Shown here piece after piece: positions 1 to 11,621 of a DNA stretch of 25,859 bases; within the stretch, counting starts at the first letter, position 1; every line of letters starts with the position of its first letter. Origin of the DNA: Paramecium tetraurelia. Taxonomy: Eukaryota. The translations under genes and the position numbers were made by a program. The stretch is from positions 868,001 to 893,859 of the forward strand of contig CT868207.1 of the NCBI GenBank assembly GCA_000165425.1, read 5' to 3'. A model generated the notes under the pieces. It saw only the letters and a program-made list of their open reading frames with translations. It ran no database searches and was not told the DNA's origin.

Positions 1-58
1 CAGTACTAACCTTTCTATGCTATTACATAAGTGAAAAATAATATAAAATATAATTTAT

Positions 59-1598
59 TCAAAATCTCTTAATTGTGACTTGCTATTCTTTCACGTAAGA
101 ATAATTTTAGAACTAATTCTGAACAGTCTCTTGTCTCAGTTTAATAGAATTCTCTTAAATCTATTGATCCAATGAATCATGTTCCGATGAAATCTCTCTA
201 ATGTAGTTTTCCTCGCAAGATTTCGACAATTTAAATGGAGAGGCCAACTGTTTCTCATACAAACTCTTCCATGGGAATCCTGCAAACCACTAATGAGCAT
301 AGATCTCCTGAGTCCCATTGAATCCCAATCGAGACTGAGGTTTCCTCTAAAGCAATTAATTTATCAGATCCGCTGCTTCCAAAGTCCACCCAATTGGCAG
401 ATCGCTTTTCTTCAACTGTATTTACTTAGCAATAATAGCATCTCTTATGTCTTTCCTTGACTTACCCAGATATGGTCGTTTCCCCATCATAAATTCGTAC
501 ATCATCACTCCTAAGGCGAAGTGATCAACTCCCACACTATGGTTTTATCTGAACATCACTTCTGGGGCTATGATGACATATTTACACACAATACCCATGT
601 AACCAGGAGTGCCACTTGTTTCTGAAGCATTTTCTGATTTGATGACTCTGGCTATTCCAAAGTCAGTCAATCTTGGATACCCGTTTCGGTCCAATACGAT
701 ATTCTCAGGTTTTATGTCTCTATGAATAATTCCGTTCTGATGCAAGTACTCCAGAGCCAATAGTATACTACAAATTACAAACTCTAAAATTATATAACTT
801 TTATTACTCGTATGTTATTCACTAAATCTTCTCATCCTTCCTATGTGAAATCGGAGATCTCCCCCAGACAGCAAATCCATAACCAAAAAGAGATGTTCTC
901 GATCCTAAAAGGCATAATGAATATTTGCTATAAAAGGGTGTTTTAACTGTGATAAGAGAATTCGTTCGTTCAATACAGAATTCACAGAATTTTTAGCCAT
1001 AATCCTAATAGGTTCATTTCTCTTACTTAGCTTTACTCATCTCCTTCATGGCATAGAGTTTCCTTGACTTCACCAATTCAACTCTCCACACCTTCCCAAA
1101 TCCTCCTTTGCCAAGTACATAATGGAATTTAAAATTGCCCCTATTAATTTCATGATCTGTTGATGGCATACGGGTTGTTCGGGAGTCCTCTATTAATCTT
1201 GATATCGGCCGAGAATAGATGGTGTTCTTCAGAGGTCTCCTCTCCCTTGATTTTGGATGATGGTTCAACATTTATTGCTCGATTCCTAACTACAATTAAA
1301 AAGGCTTCCGAGTAATGGAATTCGATTGAGGACTATTGCTTTTCTTTTAACTTGATTGTTCAGGACTTTTATCCCGATTAGAGATAAAAGATATATCGTT
1401 TTGAAAGCCAAAGTTTGTTTTCCACAACTTTTTCTACTCCTTTGGAGATGATGGAGTTGAAATTGGAGGAGGATTCTTAAAAGACGGTAGTCTAGATTAT
1501 CGAGTTATCATAATTGATTGGTTAGCATTCGCTCGATAAATACCACCATCGATAACAAAATTTTGTACAAGATTTCGTTAACAAATGGAATTTCTCAT
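59..1598 (-). CDS. AGC-group Ser/Thr protein kinase (~488 aa, 4 exons, table 6)
   Basis: ATG at 1598, TGA at 61..59. Introns 1005-1026 (22 nt), 784-807 (24 nt), 568-594 (27 nt); spliced length 1467 nt is in frame. Motifs: LGKGGFGKV, YAMKEM, HPFIANIHYAFQD, GGDLRFH, HRDIKPEN, DFG, GTPGYM/APE, DHFALGV, and a C-terminal AGC hydrophobic motif FQNYSY. Confidence 0.95.
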
Positions 1599-1660
1599 TT
1601 CAGAAAATTAATATATATATTTGTTGATAACATTTGTGAAACCATCGAAACATTATAATA

Positions 1661-2477
1661 TCATTAAATTGATTGCCTTTTTATTCTCATCTTCCTTATT
1701 ATAACAGATTGAGTTCTGGCTGTTGTTAAGGATTGATTCTATTAGGAATTCAACAACTGATGTAAACTATTGGTTCTCAATCGTTCTAATCTTTACTCTT
1801 ACTATTTCAAATTTTAATAGTATATAGATTTTTAGAAATTTTCGGAGAGTTGATTTTTAATTTTTCGACTTGTCTTGCAACGACTAGTGTCCTCTTGAAA
1901 ATCTTTATTAATAATTGCGAAATTAAAGGTGTCGCCAGAAGGGGCTGGCAACCTCCTCTTCTTTGGACTCCTATACGCAGATGTCGGAGACGAGAGCTTT
2001 CTTCTTTTTGGTAGTCTGAACAACTACTCAAAATAGGCTTAATCCTTGAGGATCTTTTTATATCGCAGGATGACCCTCACTCCCCATATAATCTATTTCC
2101 ATTTTTTCAATATCGCTTATCTCTTATTGTGATTTGCATAGAAGTACGGCAGAGATAACATAATCAATTAAGCAGTGTTATTCAATGTACCTTCAGTACT
2201 TGATTCAGAGCTTTTACCTCTTTTGTTAAATTTGAACCTTTTTTAAATCACTTTTGTACAATAAATATTTTGATTTCTCCTCATTTAAAGCTACCAATTC
2301 AACAAAGAACTTTTTCTAAGAAGTCGTCAATAATTATGGTTGTATTCTAACTGTTCTTCTCCTCCCTATCTAGTTTTACTAGGAGAGCTTGAAACGGGTG
2401 GCTCTCTCGAACCGGCGAATCTGATAGTTCTCCATATCATTTCTGTATATAGTGGGAAGATTTCTATAGTGAATCAT
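1661..2477 (-). CDS. hypothetical basic protein; 5' exon structure unresolved
   Basis: Table-6 frame is open from ~2326 to TGA at 1663..1661 (~220 codons) and includes RLPKRRKLSSPTSAYRSPKKRRLP. Another frame from ATG 2477 (MIHYRNLPTIYRND...) could join through a ~19-nt GTA..AAG intron (2199-2217), which is not certain. GC is higher than in the flanks. No family recognised. Confidence 0.5.
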
Positions 2478-3587
2478 TATACTAATTAAATATAAGTCAT
2501 TAAACTAGAGAATTAAACGGAACCTTAGTATCCTCATCAAACATAAACTACTCCAAGTATATAGAATTTTCTAGTTATATTCATCTCGCTCATCTGATCT
2601 CATAATTCATCATATCACGGACTTTTACATTTAATTTCTGTTAAAATTTACATACTAATTTCTAAACATCTAACTTATTGTATAATATAAACCAAATTTA
2701 CATATCCTCCTCTCTCAATAATGTGTTAGAGTGCATTTATGGTATCGATATCGTTAATTTAATTTCCATTTCATCCAAATAATCAATTATTGTAGATTTA
2801 ATTGTGTCCTTTTTTTAATTTAGATTGAATCCTTTAATGAATAGGGCGACTTACAAAAAGTTCCCAAAAATTGTGAGTTAGATGTACATTCATTTGAGGG
2901 TATTTATTGGTTCAATATTGGATTCCTTTTTTTAAACATGAAAAATACAATGTTTGCTACTCAACTCTAAATATACTAATAAAAAACATCAAGCATATTA
3001 ATATTTAAAGCATAAATGTTAAATTGTATTGGTTCTAGAAATTGCTACTATGAACATAATTTGAATTGTGAAGATAATTCTATTATATGTAATTTTTCAT
3101 TCAGTTAAGAGAAATATAAATATATTGATGCATAAAAATGTATTATACAATAAAAATAGAAGACTTTTTTAAACATCTCATATAAGAGTATATATTCAAT
3201 TTGATTTATAAAACTTATATTTTAAGTCATTCTACGTCAGTATGTTGAGCCAAATCATTTAGCTTTGGGCGCCTTATGTATAAATTTTATCGTTGTCTTT
3301 TTAATTCATTTTAGTTGAACTCAGCAATATGAAAATGTAGAAGAGAAATTTTAATTATAATGACTCAAAACCCCTTATTTTTTACAATCAAAGGGTTTCC
3401 TCTTAATTTCTAGAAGATTATAGTAAAATTGAATATGTTGTTATTTTTGCTTTAAATAGCACTAAAAAAATCTGATAATATAATCACTTTATATACTAAA
3501 ATTTGTATTTTCAATTACATTAAATAAAATAAAAAGTTTAGATCTGTCTAACCTTTCCCATTTTCACATATTTAATAACCATCAAAA

Positions 3588-4157
3588 ATGGCTAACTAAA
3601 CTGAATAACAACTCAACATATCAAATTAAGACAACCTGAATGGTCTTGATAATCAATTACCCATCTTGTCCTTCCTGAAGAGACCAAAAAATAAGAATCC
3701 TAAAAAATCACTGAATAGTAAACAATATGAATAATAAGTAATCTTATATTATAATTTAGAACTGTGACTATTAAATCGAAGTGATTAACCACAAAATTGT
3801 AGAAAAATAATTTACAATCTATTAAATTAAAGTGACTTATGGATCACTTTATTGGATATTTTAAACCAGATATAGTCTTCTAGAAGGACTCCACTCAAAG
3901 TTGAACAAAGACGTGTCCCAACGACTTACCAAATTTCCTGAAAAACGACTCTTTGGTAACATGGATCAGCACTTTGTTCAAAAAAGAAAAATTGAAATCA
4001 ATTAATACCTCAAAGTACGCACTATTTCTAATTTTAGAGCTTAATCCAATATGGAAAGAATGAAAAGCCCGTGAAGGACTTTATCAAGTAATCTTAAAAA
4101 GCCGCCATTGAAATCAACGATCCCTGCGAGCTGAAGCATTTTAAACTGGACCTATGA
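3588..4157 (+). CDS. small PX (Phox homology) domain protein, sorting-nexin-like (~174 aa)
   Basis: ATG 3588, TGA 4155-4157. Introns 3738-3759 (22 nt) and 4015-4037 (23 nt). Sequence FTIYQIKVTYGSLYWIFQTRYSLLEGLHSKL..RLTKFPEKRLFGNMDQHFVQKRKIEINQYLKSL fits the PX pattern (YxI, RYS, LH, FPxK, RxxxxxxYL). Confidence 0.9.
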
Positions 4158-4190
4158 AGTAACAGAAATATCAATATATATAATATTAAA

Positions 4191-5744
4191 TCATAAGAAC
4201 TTTTTATATATTTTTAACTCTTAAGGCATAGCTCCTATACTCTGATCACTTTTCTCTATATTCTTTCCATAATTGCTAGAATTAGTATATCTATGACTGG
4301 TATTTTAATGAGAACTTGTTTTTCTATGCTAAGATGGAGTAGAGAGTCCTAAAATTTCTTGTTGCAGTTTTTGCATCACCTTAATTGATTGGACTAACTC
4401 CCCATCATTGTCTCCGATTCTTGATGTCAATACCTTGAGTTTAGAGTATACTATTTATGGATCAATTTATTTGCCATTTGCAGCATTTATCACCTCTCGT
4501 TCCAATTTCTAAACATTCTTCTAAACCATTTAAAAATATGATTAGATTATCTAAACTGATGCATTTTCTTCAACCTCTTAAATTAAGCCAGTAGAACTTC
4601 TCTTATGTCTGGAATTGTCTGAAGTTTAATTGGATGAGTTTTAACAATCTTTAGAGATTTCCTTCAAAAATTGATTCTCCTTTTCCTTATTCAACTCTAT
4701 TGTGCATCTCTATTTGTCATCAAATAGCATTTATTTGGTATTGTCATTATACTTGTCGAATATGCTGTTCTAGTGTTGAGCTTGTTAATGATAGACACTC
4801 TCTAAATTGTTTTGGTTATTTTTTTTATTTTATTGAGGAAATACAACGTCTGATTAATTTTGATTTATAGTACTTTATTGATGTTCCTGCACGTATATAT
4901 TGGTATTCTGCGTCTTTTGCTTTTACTTATATTGCTAAACAGCTTAAACTTAAGCGATCTACTTCTTATTATCAGTCTATTAGAATAATAATTAAGAAGA
5001 TAGTGTGGTTGGAGTAGCAACAGGAGTGTTGGAATTCGGCTTTAAAAAATCATTTAATTTTTACTATTAAACATTTGATGTGTTTGCTTGAGTTTTGGCC
5101 TTACCTGTAAAATAATTTTTTTATTACATTCTAAAACGATTTCTGGTTGAGGCACTTAGTATTATTATTTTTTTTAGTGATTCTATTAAGCAGGCTTCTA
5201 GAATTATTTTGTTGGAGATGTTTTCTCATTTCCAATAATAGGTTTCTTTTTATTGGACTGATTATGGTTAAAAGCAATTTGAGGATTGTTGTTAATACCT
5301 TATGCATTCAACATTTAAGAGTTCTTTGAAAAGACCTCTTAGATTTGATAAGCATTAGATTCTCTTCTGCCAAAAATTGCCTCCTATTAATTTTTTTGCA
5401 AAGAAAACTAGCTCTGTTGTTATATGCAAAAACAATTACTTCATTTAAGACCTCCTTCTCCATCTCACTAGAATCAGTTATCAAATATAATTCGTTGCTC
5501 TCCAATAATAAATTTTTAATATCATAGGTTAGAGTTATTTTATTACATTTCGGACATTATATGCGAAACTTATTTTGTATCTGACTAATTGTTGATCTAT
5601 TAATTACCTAGTGTTTTCTTGTATCTATATCTTTAGTCCACATTTTAAACAAAGTGAGTGCGAGCAGATAAGTTGTATAGGATTTTAACTAGTCATTTTA
5701 CATAATTAACAAAGCTGCATAGAGTTTTGACTTTTATTTAGCAT
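4191..5744 (-). CDS. N-terminal C3HC4 RING finger protein (putative E3 ligase) with Gln/Asn-rich region and probable C-terminal coiled coil (~493 aa)
   Basis: ATG 5744: MLNKSQNSMQLCQLCKMTSQNPIQLICSHSLCLKC...IQCPKC, i.e. C-x2-C..C-x-H-x2-C-x2-C..C-x2-C. Introns 5585-5607, 5414-5439, 5105-5127; spliced length 1482 nt is in frame; TGA at 4193..4191. Confidence 0.85.
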
Positions 5745-5956
5745 TAACTGATTATTATAATATTTATAATTAATAGAAGCATTTTATTAAATATTAATCT
5801 TTCTGTTTTATTCCACCTATTCTCCAAAGTTATATTATAGACATGATTTATAGAAAACTGTTCTAAAAACAATCTTTTAGTCTTAAAGTGAATTAGATTT
5901 CTTCCATATAAATTATTAAATTCTTGTAAATCACATTATAAATTAAATCAAAAAAT
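5745..5956. promoter_or_regulatory. probable bidirectional promoter region between the RING and SNARE genes
   Basis: 212-nt AT-rich spacer between divergent start codons; inferred from position only. Confidence 0.4.
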
Positions 5957-6783
5957 ATGACTGAATTGGACGAATTTGATTCTAATCTGAATGCTGAATT
6001 AGATAAATTATAAAAAGAAATAGACTCTTTAAGCAAAAAGGAATACAATCAAAAAAATGCTGCAATTAAAAAATGTCAAGCCCAAGTGAAAAGCATTTCC
6101 ACCTTGATTGAAAGTTATGAATTAGAGATAAGTAATCTTGATAAAGTTCAGAGTGCTAAGTAGTTAAAAGTTTTACTTTAGGTACAACGACTCGTTAAGA
6201 TCAATTAACTAAAGATTTTAGCGATTGAAATCTGAATTAGAGTTTAAAAAAAATGAAGGTCAGACATAGGAGAATCTCTTTAAAGGAAGATCAGAGCAGT
6301 AACCTCAAAGATTGGAAGATATGAATAGATAATAAGTTATCGATATGGGAGATTAGATGTAGTAGAATGGTACTTTATAGAATCAATAATTTTTAGCAAT
6401 GAATAAATTAGATGACATTATAGGAACTGTTAATAAGGGTAATGAATTAGCAGATTAAATTAACATGGAATTAGATAAACAAATAGCATAATTGGATAGG
6501 ATGTATGACACAGTTATGGACACTTAATCTGTTTTGAAAAGATCAGCCAAATATATAAAATATTTTGCAAGGTTTCTTTTTAAAATTAATGGCTAGATAA
6601 GTTTATACAGACAAATTATTAATGTGTTTGATTGGTCTAATTTTTATAGCCATTATAGTGTTAATTGTATTATCAGCATTAGGATTGGATGATGGAAAAT
6701 TCAATACACCAGATTAAGTGAAAGGATCTTTAGCAACCGATAGTAGTAGCACTACTAATACAACCACAACAACTGGATCTTGA
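5957..6783 (+). CDS. Qb-SNARE, NPSN-like (~250 aa), with C-terminal TM helix and Ser/Thr-rich tail
   Basis: ATG 5957, TGA 6781-6783. Introns 6160-6181, 6370-6396, 6572-6596. Helical N-terminal region, SNARE heptads with zero-layer Q (ELDKQIAQLDRM), juxtamembrane ARQVYTDK (compare plant NPSN GRQVATDK), TM LLMCLIGLIFIAIIVLIVLSALG. Confidence 0.88.
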
Positions 6784-7595
6784 TGATATAAGCATTACAA
6801 TATAATTTATTAACAAATTTTCTTCTAAAATTAAATAGGGTAGGAGAATCAAAACAAGTTATATAAATTTAGACTTAAATAGTTAAATTATTAAGAATCA
6901 GAAAGTAGCAAAAAGAATTTAAGTAAATATCTTGTCGATTAAATATTCTTTCTTATGTTATATAATTATATTCAGTCTAATAATTAAATATGGTCTCCAA
7001 AAATTAGTCAACATTTAAATACAATTAGAATGTTATTTAGTATTATGAATTAAGTCTATGTGTTATTTAGTAATGTTTTAAGTGAAATATTGATTTATCA
7101 CTTAATTATCATAAACCTAATAATAATAAATAGCAACAATAATATAACTATTATTATCAAAAGGGAAATGTTTCAATTAATAATAATGTTTCAATGAATT
7201 AGAGAAAATTATAAGGTGATTATTAGTATTACTTTAAGCAATAATTTTAATTAAGAAAAAAACAATTTATTTCTTGAAAGCTAAAATTAAAAGGAAAACT
7301 TTTATTCTAAACCCAAATTATTATTTAAAGCTAATTTCTGTTCTTGATAAAGATTTGCAGCATACTATATTGTTGTTAAATAATTAGAATAGAAAATTAC
7401 TTATGTATATTCTGATAATAATAAAATTTGAAAGTTCTTTTATAAATAAAATTATTCAAAAGAACACTTCAATGAAATCAATTATTATGCAATCTTTGAA
7501 TTAATAATGTCTACATCATCAATCTGTTGACGCTGATGTCATCGTTTTAAATTTATATCTGATCAAATTTAATGCGGATAATTTCAATTTATTCT

Positions 7596-8756
7596 ATGAA
7601 AATTTGGATTCTGATAGCTGGAGCAATAATTTCTTATCTGATTAAAGTGATTATTGGATTCTTCGATGCTTTCAAGAGTGTTCCTATTGTAAATACGTAC
7701 TCGCATTGCCAACATTTGAGCACAGATATTTTTGGGCCAGAAGACATGCAAAAATTCAACTCAACAACAATAATTGTTGGATCTGGTGACTATCATAAGT
7801 TGTGGTCCCTTGGAAAACCCATTCTAGAGCAATTAGGACTATATGCAATAGTGGATTCGTAAGAATAGGCACCAAAAGTTGTGAAATTAGGAATTAAGAA
7901 TTTTCCAAATGATATTTCTTTATATGTACATGGAATTGATATTAGAGAATAATTAGATGGAGTCTATATTTATGCAATTAATCATGCATATTAAAATGGA
8001 GGAGAAAGAGTGGAAGTCTTCAAAATATTAGATGAACACCTCAATCTTGAGTATAGACATTCAATCATAATGGATGACAAATACAATGGAATATTAAATG
8101 ATTTGATATTGATCGAAGACAATCGGTTTTTAATCACTAAGTATATGCCATACACAGATCCAAAGGAAGGTAGACATTAAATTACTCCATTACATTTATT
8201 AAAAACCGTATTTTTGTGGGTAAGCCAATAAAGAACTTCATACATTGTAGATTGCAAATTTCAAAAGGAAGGCACAATAATAAAACCAAATTGCAAGGAA
8301 TTACTTGATGCTCCTTTGACTGGAGTTGTTTTGAATGGAATCACATGGGATAGAAAGAATCGAGTTTGGGCGGGTGATACTATTGCAAAATAATTAAACG
8401 AATATGAAATAACACCATCAGGTCTTGTATTCAAAAGATTTATTGATATCGAAAATTCAATTGATAATTTGGAATATGACGTTGATAGAAATTCTCTCAT
8501 TTTAGGGTTGATTCCAAAATTACATAATTATTTTTCTTTAGATGCATTCTTAAAAGGAATTAATAGATTAGAAAAGGACACAAAATTTGAATATTGGGGA
8601 ACTGTTGCAGAATATAATCTCACCTCAGACAAACTAATTTATCTTGCTCAAAATACAGAATTACCAAAAGGAGTATCTGGAGCATTAATAAGTGGAAACA
8701 ATTTGATTGTGGCAAGTTGGTGCGATTTTACAGTATCTGTTTGCAAGAAGCAATGA
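7596..8756 (+). CDS. paraoxonase/arylesterase-like Ca-dependent six-bladed beta-propeller lactonase (~386 aa, intronless)
   Basis: Single table-6 ORF (alternative upstream ATG at 7572) with a hydrophobic N-terminus. Motifs are collinear with PON1: HC..GPED (C42,E53,D54), VHGI (H115), AINH (H134), VEVFK, LNDL (N168,D169), LNGI (N224), IDNL (D269,N270) and a C-terminal Cys (C353). Confidence 0.88.
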
Positions 8757-8944
8757 AATATTAGATATAATAATATTTTTCTAATTATTAAATAACAGTT
8801 AGTGATGAAATATATATTATACGATCTACAATTATTAATTCAATGAAAAAAATACATTAATGTAAATTCATAGGGATTTTAAATAATTTACGTTATTAAT
8901 ATTGAGAAAATATCTAAATTTTTTATTTAAAATATCTGATGTAG

Positions 8945-10920
8945 ATGAATTACCTAATTTTGCTATGTTTTTCTGGTTTGTAATATGCAGAAGGCCTGCC
9001 AATTGCTAAGATGGACCTGTAATACTAAATTAAAAATTATGCGTTTAAGAAACCAGAAAACGATAAAGATGGTCCTTTCTGCTATGTTTATGGATTTTTT
9101 ACAAGATATAATCCGCTGATTGAGATTAATTAGTTAGGAGATATTGGAATTTTAGACAGTAATTGCTATCATATATTTAATATCAGAGATACTAAAGATA
9201 ATAACATTAACTTTTTATATTATGATTGTGTAGATTATTAAAAAAAATAAATACAAAAGACTTATACATTTGTTGGTGAGGATACTAAAATTTACAAACA
9301 TACATATTTATTAAACACATTTGAATATGAATCATACTGGTACTTTTTAGGTGTTATTGTTGCATTAGCTGAAAAAAAAGTTATCATAACAGCTTTCAAA
9401 AACGGTCAAGAATTCGATACGCAAGAATATAGTCTTTCGTATTAAAATTATGATACGGACTCATCATATTTGATAGGAGGAAGTCTATAGATAAATTTTA
9501 ATTAAACCCTATTTAATCCAGAAATATCTATTTTTAGTTATTTTCCAGGAAATATGAGGTACTATCTTCCATCTACTTATAATATGAAAGATAATTATGA
9601 TATTTCTGTTTTTGGAAATCGCAATTTCCTTTGTATATGTACATCCAATGATATTCCTAATATTCCTGATACAATTATTTCAAACCTTAATTAGGAATAT
9701 TTTATATCACAAAATCCAAATTGTGATCAATTTTTTTTTACGACATGGATTAGAATCAAAGAAAAGATCTTTTATGAAAAAGAAATTTATTATCAATTAA
9801 TAAAATTATCTTCACACTTTCAGAATCCAAAATTAGTGAATGATAACCTATCAGCTTTTTCACTTTATTATAAGTTGACTCAAAGCCTCAATCAGATCAT
9901 TATAACAACATACAGTTACACTTTCCCAACAATAAATATTGATTTTTCAGATAATCCGTTTTTAATTAGGTAAACTTTCGATATAGATATGAATATACAA
10001 TTATGGCATTTTTTAATTGTAAAGAAGAGTAAATACTCTTTGTTGGTAACAATAAACTTTTACGAGGGAAGAAAAGTTAAAGAATATTCATTTGAGTCTA
10101 ATGTTAATCATTTTAATTTGATTAGATTTAAAGTAACTAGTGGTAATATATTGCAAAGTATCAACTACTTAACAATCTAATTAATAAATATGGCTTTATA
10201 TAACTGCGACATAGAAATTAATCCAGAACTATGTCATCTATCCTGTTTGGAATGCGACGGTCCAACTAAATATGATTGTTTGTCTTGCTATTCTACTTCA
10301 AATAGAATATATAACCAAAAATAGAAAGCTTGTGTTTGTTAATATGGGAAAATTGATATTGATGGAGAATGCAAAGATTTCCACTCCTTTTAACTAAATT
10401 TGTCTTAAGGGAATGAAAAAAAGTTCTAATGTACTTATGGATATTTTGAATTTGAAGATTAATGCTGGAAATGGTAATTATTTATAATAGACATAGCCCT
10501 TCTAAAATAAAAGAAAGATTAATAACTTGTATAGAATGTATTACAAATCCAAAAACTTGGATAAAAAATCCATATTGTTAATATAATTATGTAGCAAATA
10601 ATAATCAAGTACCATTTACAAAACAGGATGAAGGGATATAATAGTATTTTTTTGATGGAAATGATTTAAAAGTAAGCGAGAATTCAGAAGAACAGTCTGA
10701 TATTTATTCAGATTACATATAGACTTTTGCTCATTTTTCAAATTTTTGCTTGAAATGCAAAAAAACTATATATCCAAAATGTTTCATTTTTTCATATTGT
10801 TTCAAATGTTAAATTTAAATATCTTAACCAATATGTACTTATTGTTGGGCTCTGTATTAATTAATAGATGGAATTTGTCTAAATAGTTAACACTGGTAGG
10901 TTCCAAAGGTTATTGTTTGA
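8945..10920 (+). CDS. 5' ORF of copy A: ~650-aa putative secreted N-terminal fragment (beta-rich domains plus furin-like repeats)
   Basis: Uninterrupted frame with one 23-nt intron, ending at TGA 10918-10920. Aligns by eye with the N-terminus of copy B (YGxxxRYxPL, DSNC, LYYDC, YFPG, WIRI, LWH). Confidence 0.5.
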
Positions 10921-11621
10921 ATATTCAGTACTGATTTATAATAATAATAGGTTACAGTGCCTTGTAACATTAATTCAAATCTGTTTGATCCAAATATGAC
11001 TGAATTTTTTGAGAATAACTTTGACTTCTCTTATTTTAATGAAATTGGTCTACAACAATTCATTCTAAGACTTTTTTTTTAGACTTAGATTATATGCAGT
11101 TATCGTAAGCTTAATATTACCAATTACATTTAAACAAAAGTATTTTCAATCCAAGTACTTAAACTAAGCTTAAAAGGATATCTATCGGTATTTTCAGATT
11201 ATCAATTTAATAATTTTAATTAAATAGAATTAAATAATTTGTTTGTAAATTTAAAGAATGACCTTAGATTACAGTTTTATAATAATTAAGGAGCAATAGA
11301 TTATCAAATACAAAATAGCAGCTTCTATTCAAATAAGCTAAAACCAATTAAATTTGGGATCACTCTGAATTTTCATCAGATTTTAAAATTTCAAAATGTG
11401 TCAATTAAAAATGCTAATATTGATAATTAAATTATTTTTTAGGTAGGTTAGAGTATATCAAATTAAGATATTCTGATAGACCTCTTCTTCCTGATAGACT
11501 GCTTGCATAAACAATACCGTTTTGTTTAATTTTAATATTACTTCAAAAAATATTGTAATTGAAAACCTTTTGATTGATGGATGCTAATTAAATAATTTTA
11601 CATTTGCTTAATATTAAACTA

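Noticed and set aside
3242..3475. ~78-codon table-6 ORF in the intergenic region
   Set aside because: With one stop codon such ORFs are common; no motif support.
5147..5527. + strand ORF-track ORFs here, plus 136-318, 1807-2031, 8261-8500, 9597-9800 and 22218-22403
   Set aside because: Antisense or off-frame shadows of better-supported table-6 genes.
7490..7565. Possible C/D snoRNA (TGATGA and CTGA words)
   Set aside because: The C and D boxes are not in the right order on one strand and there is no terminal stem.
6784..7595. Long AT-rich spacer as a retained IES or mobile element
   Set aside because: No recognisable terminal repeats or coding relics; cannot be tested without germline data.
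11473..11499. Direct repeat CTGATAGAC x2
   Set aside because: 9-mers spaced 18 nt apart in frame (LID..LID); it does not explain the nearby frameshift.
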